Positions 63,505-64,000 of a stretch of 64,000 bases of DNA are shown here, piece by piece. A program made the translations under genes and the position numbers. Within the stretch, counting starts at the first letter, position 1. Each line of letters begins with the position of its first letter. Under the pieces are notes generated by a model, which saw only the letters and a program-made list of their open reading frames with translations, was not told the DNA's origin and did no database searches. The stretch comes from the human T2T-CHM13v2.0 reference genome, Homo sapiens, in NCBI RefSeq assembly GCF_009914755.1, contig NC_060940.1; one strand, given 5' to 3'.

Positions 63505-63794
63505 ATTTTTTGAGACACAGTCTCACTCTGTCACCCAGGCTGGAATGCAGTGGCATGATCATACCTCACCTACAGCCTCTACCTCCTGGGATCAGGTAAT
63601 CATCCCACCTCGGCCTCCCAAGTAGCAGGGACTACAAGTGTGTGCCACCACTCCTGGCTAATTTTTGTATTTTTTGTAGAGACAGGGTTTTGCTGTGTTG
63701 CCCAGGCTGGTGTTGAACTCCTGGGCTCAAGCGATCTGCCCACCTTGACCTCCCAAACTTCCGGGACTACAGGCGTAAGCCACCTTGCCAGGCC
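63505..63794 (-). mobile_element. AluJ
   Basis: Alu consensus on the reverse strand. Confidence 0.9.
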
Positions 63795-64000
63795 AAGAAA
63801 TAAAAATTCAAATTGGATAAAGAATTTAAAAAGCCATTGACATTTGTATCTCTAAAAGAAAAATACAAAGTCTCTAAGCTCAAAGAGTTCAAAATAAAAT
63901 ACAACAGCTTACAAAAGAATGCAGACAGCTTTAACGGGGCTGCTTTTTCAGGAATACACCAAACGTTAGATTTAGAAACTAAGAAAGCAAAATACTTAAA

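Overview
Alu-dense primate, almost certainly human, intronic DNA. It covers part of ZCCHC14 on the minus strand (16q24.2 from recall). Two short internal coding exons lie in the window, 35052-34929 and 8122-8049; they join in phase across a 26.8 kb intron. The first exon lies beyond the right edge and later exons beyond the left edge. Most of the rest is Alus, old L1/MIR/MaLR relics, Tigger/Charlie-type DNA transposons and small tandem repeats. The standout is a glucocorticoid-receptor retrocopy (NR3C1P1, about 42055-43397, + strand). It is not a copy of spliced mRNA. It has the 3' part of NR3C1 exon 2, reads through the intact 5' splice site into about 400 nt of intron, and ends at AATAAA plus a poly(A) tail, flanked by a 16-bp target-site duplication. 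This looks like a germline fossil of the intron-2 premature cleavage/polyadenylation (PCPA) transcript known from U1 telescripting work. It sits inside an older Alu monomer and was later interrupted by an AluY whose 5' end is triplicated. Gene and repeat-family names come from recalled sequences, not database searches; repeat boundaries are approximate.
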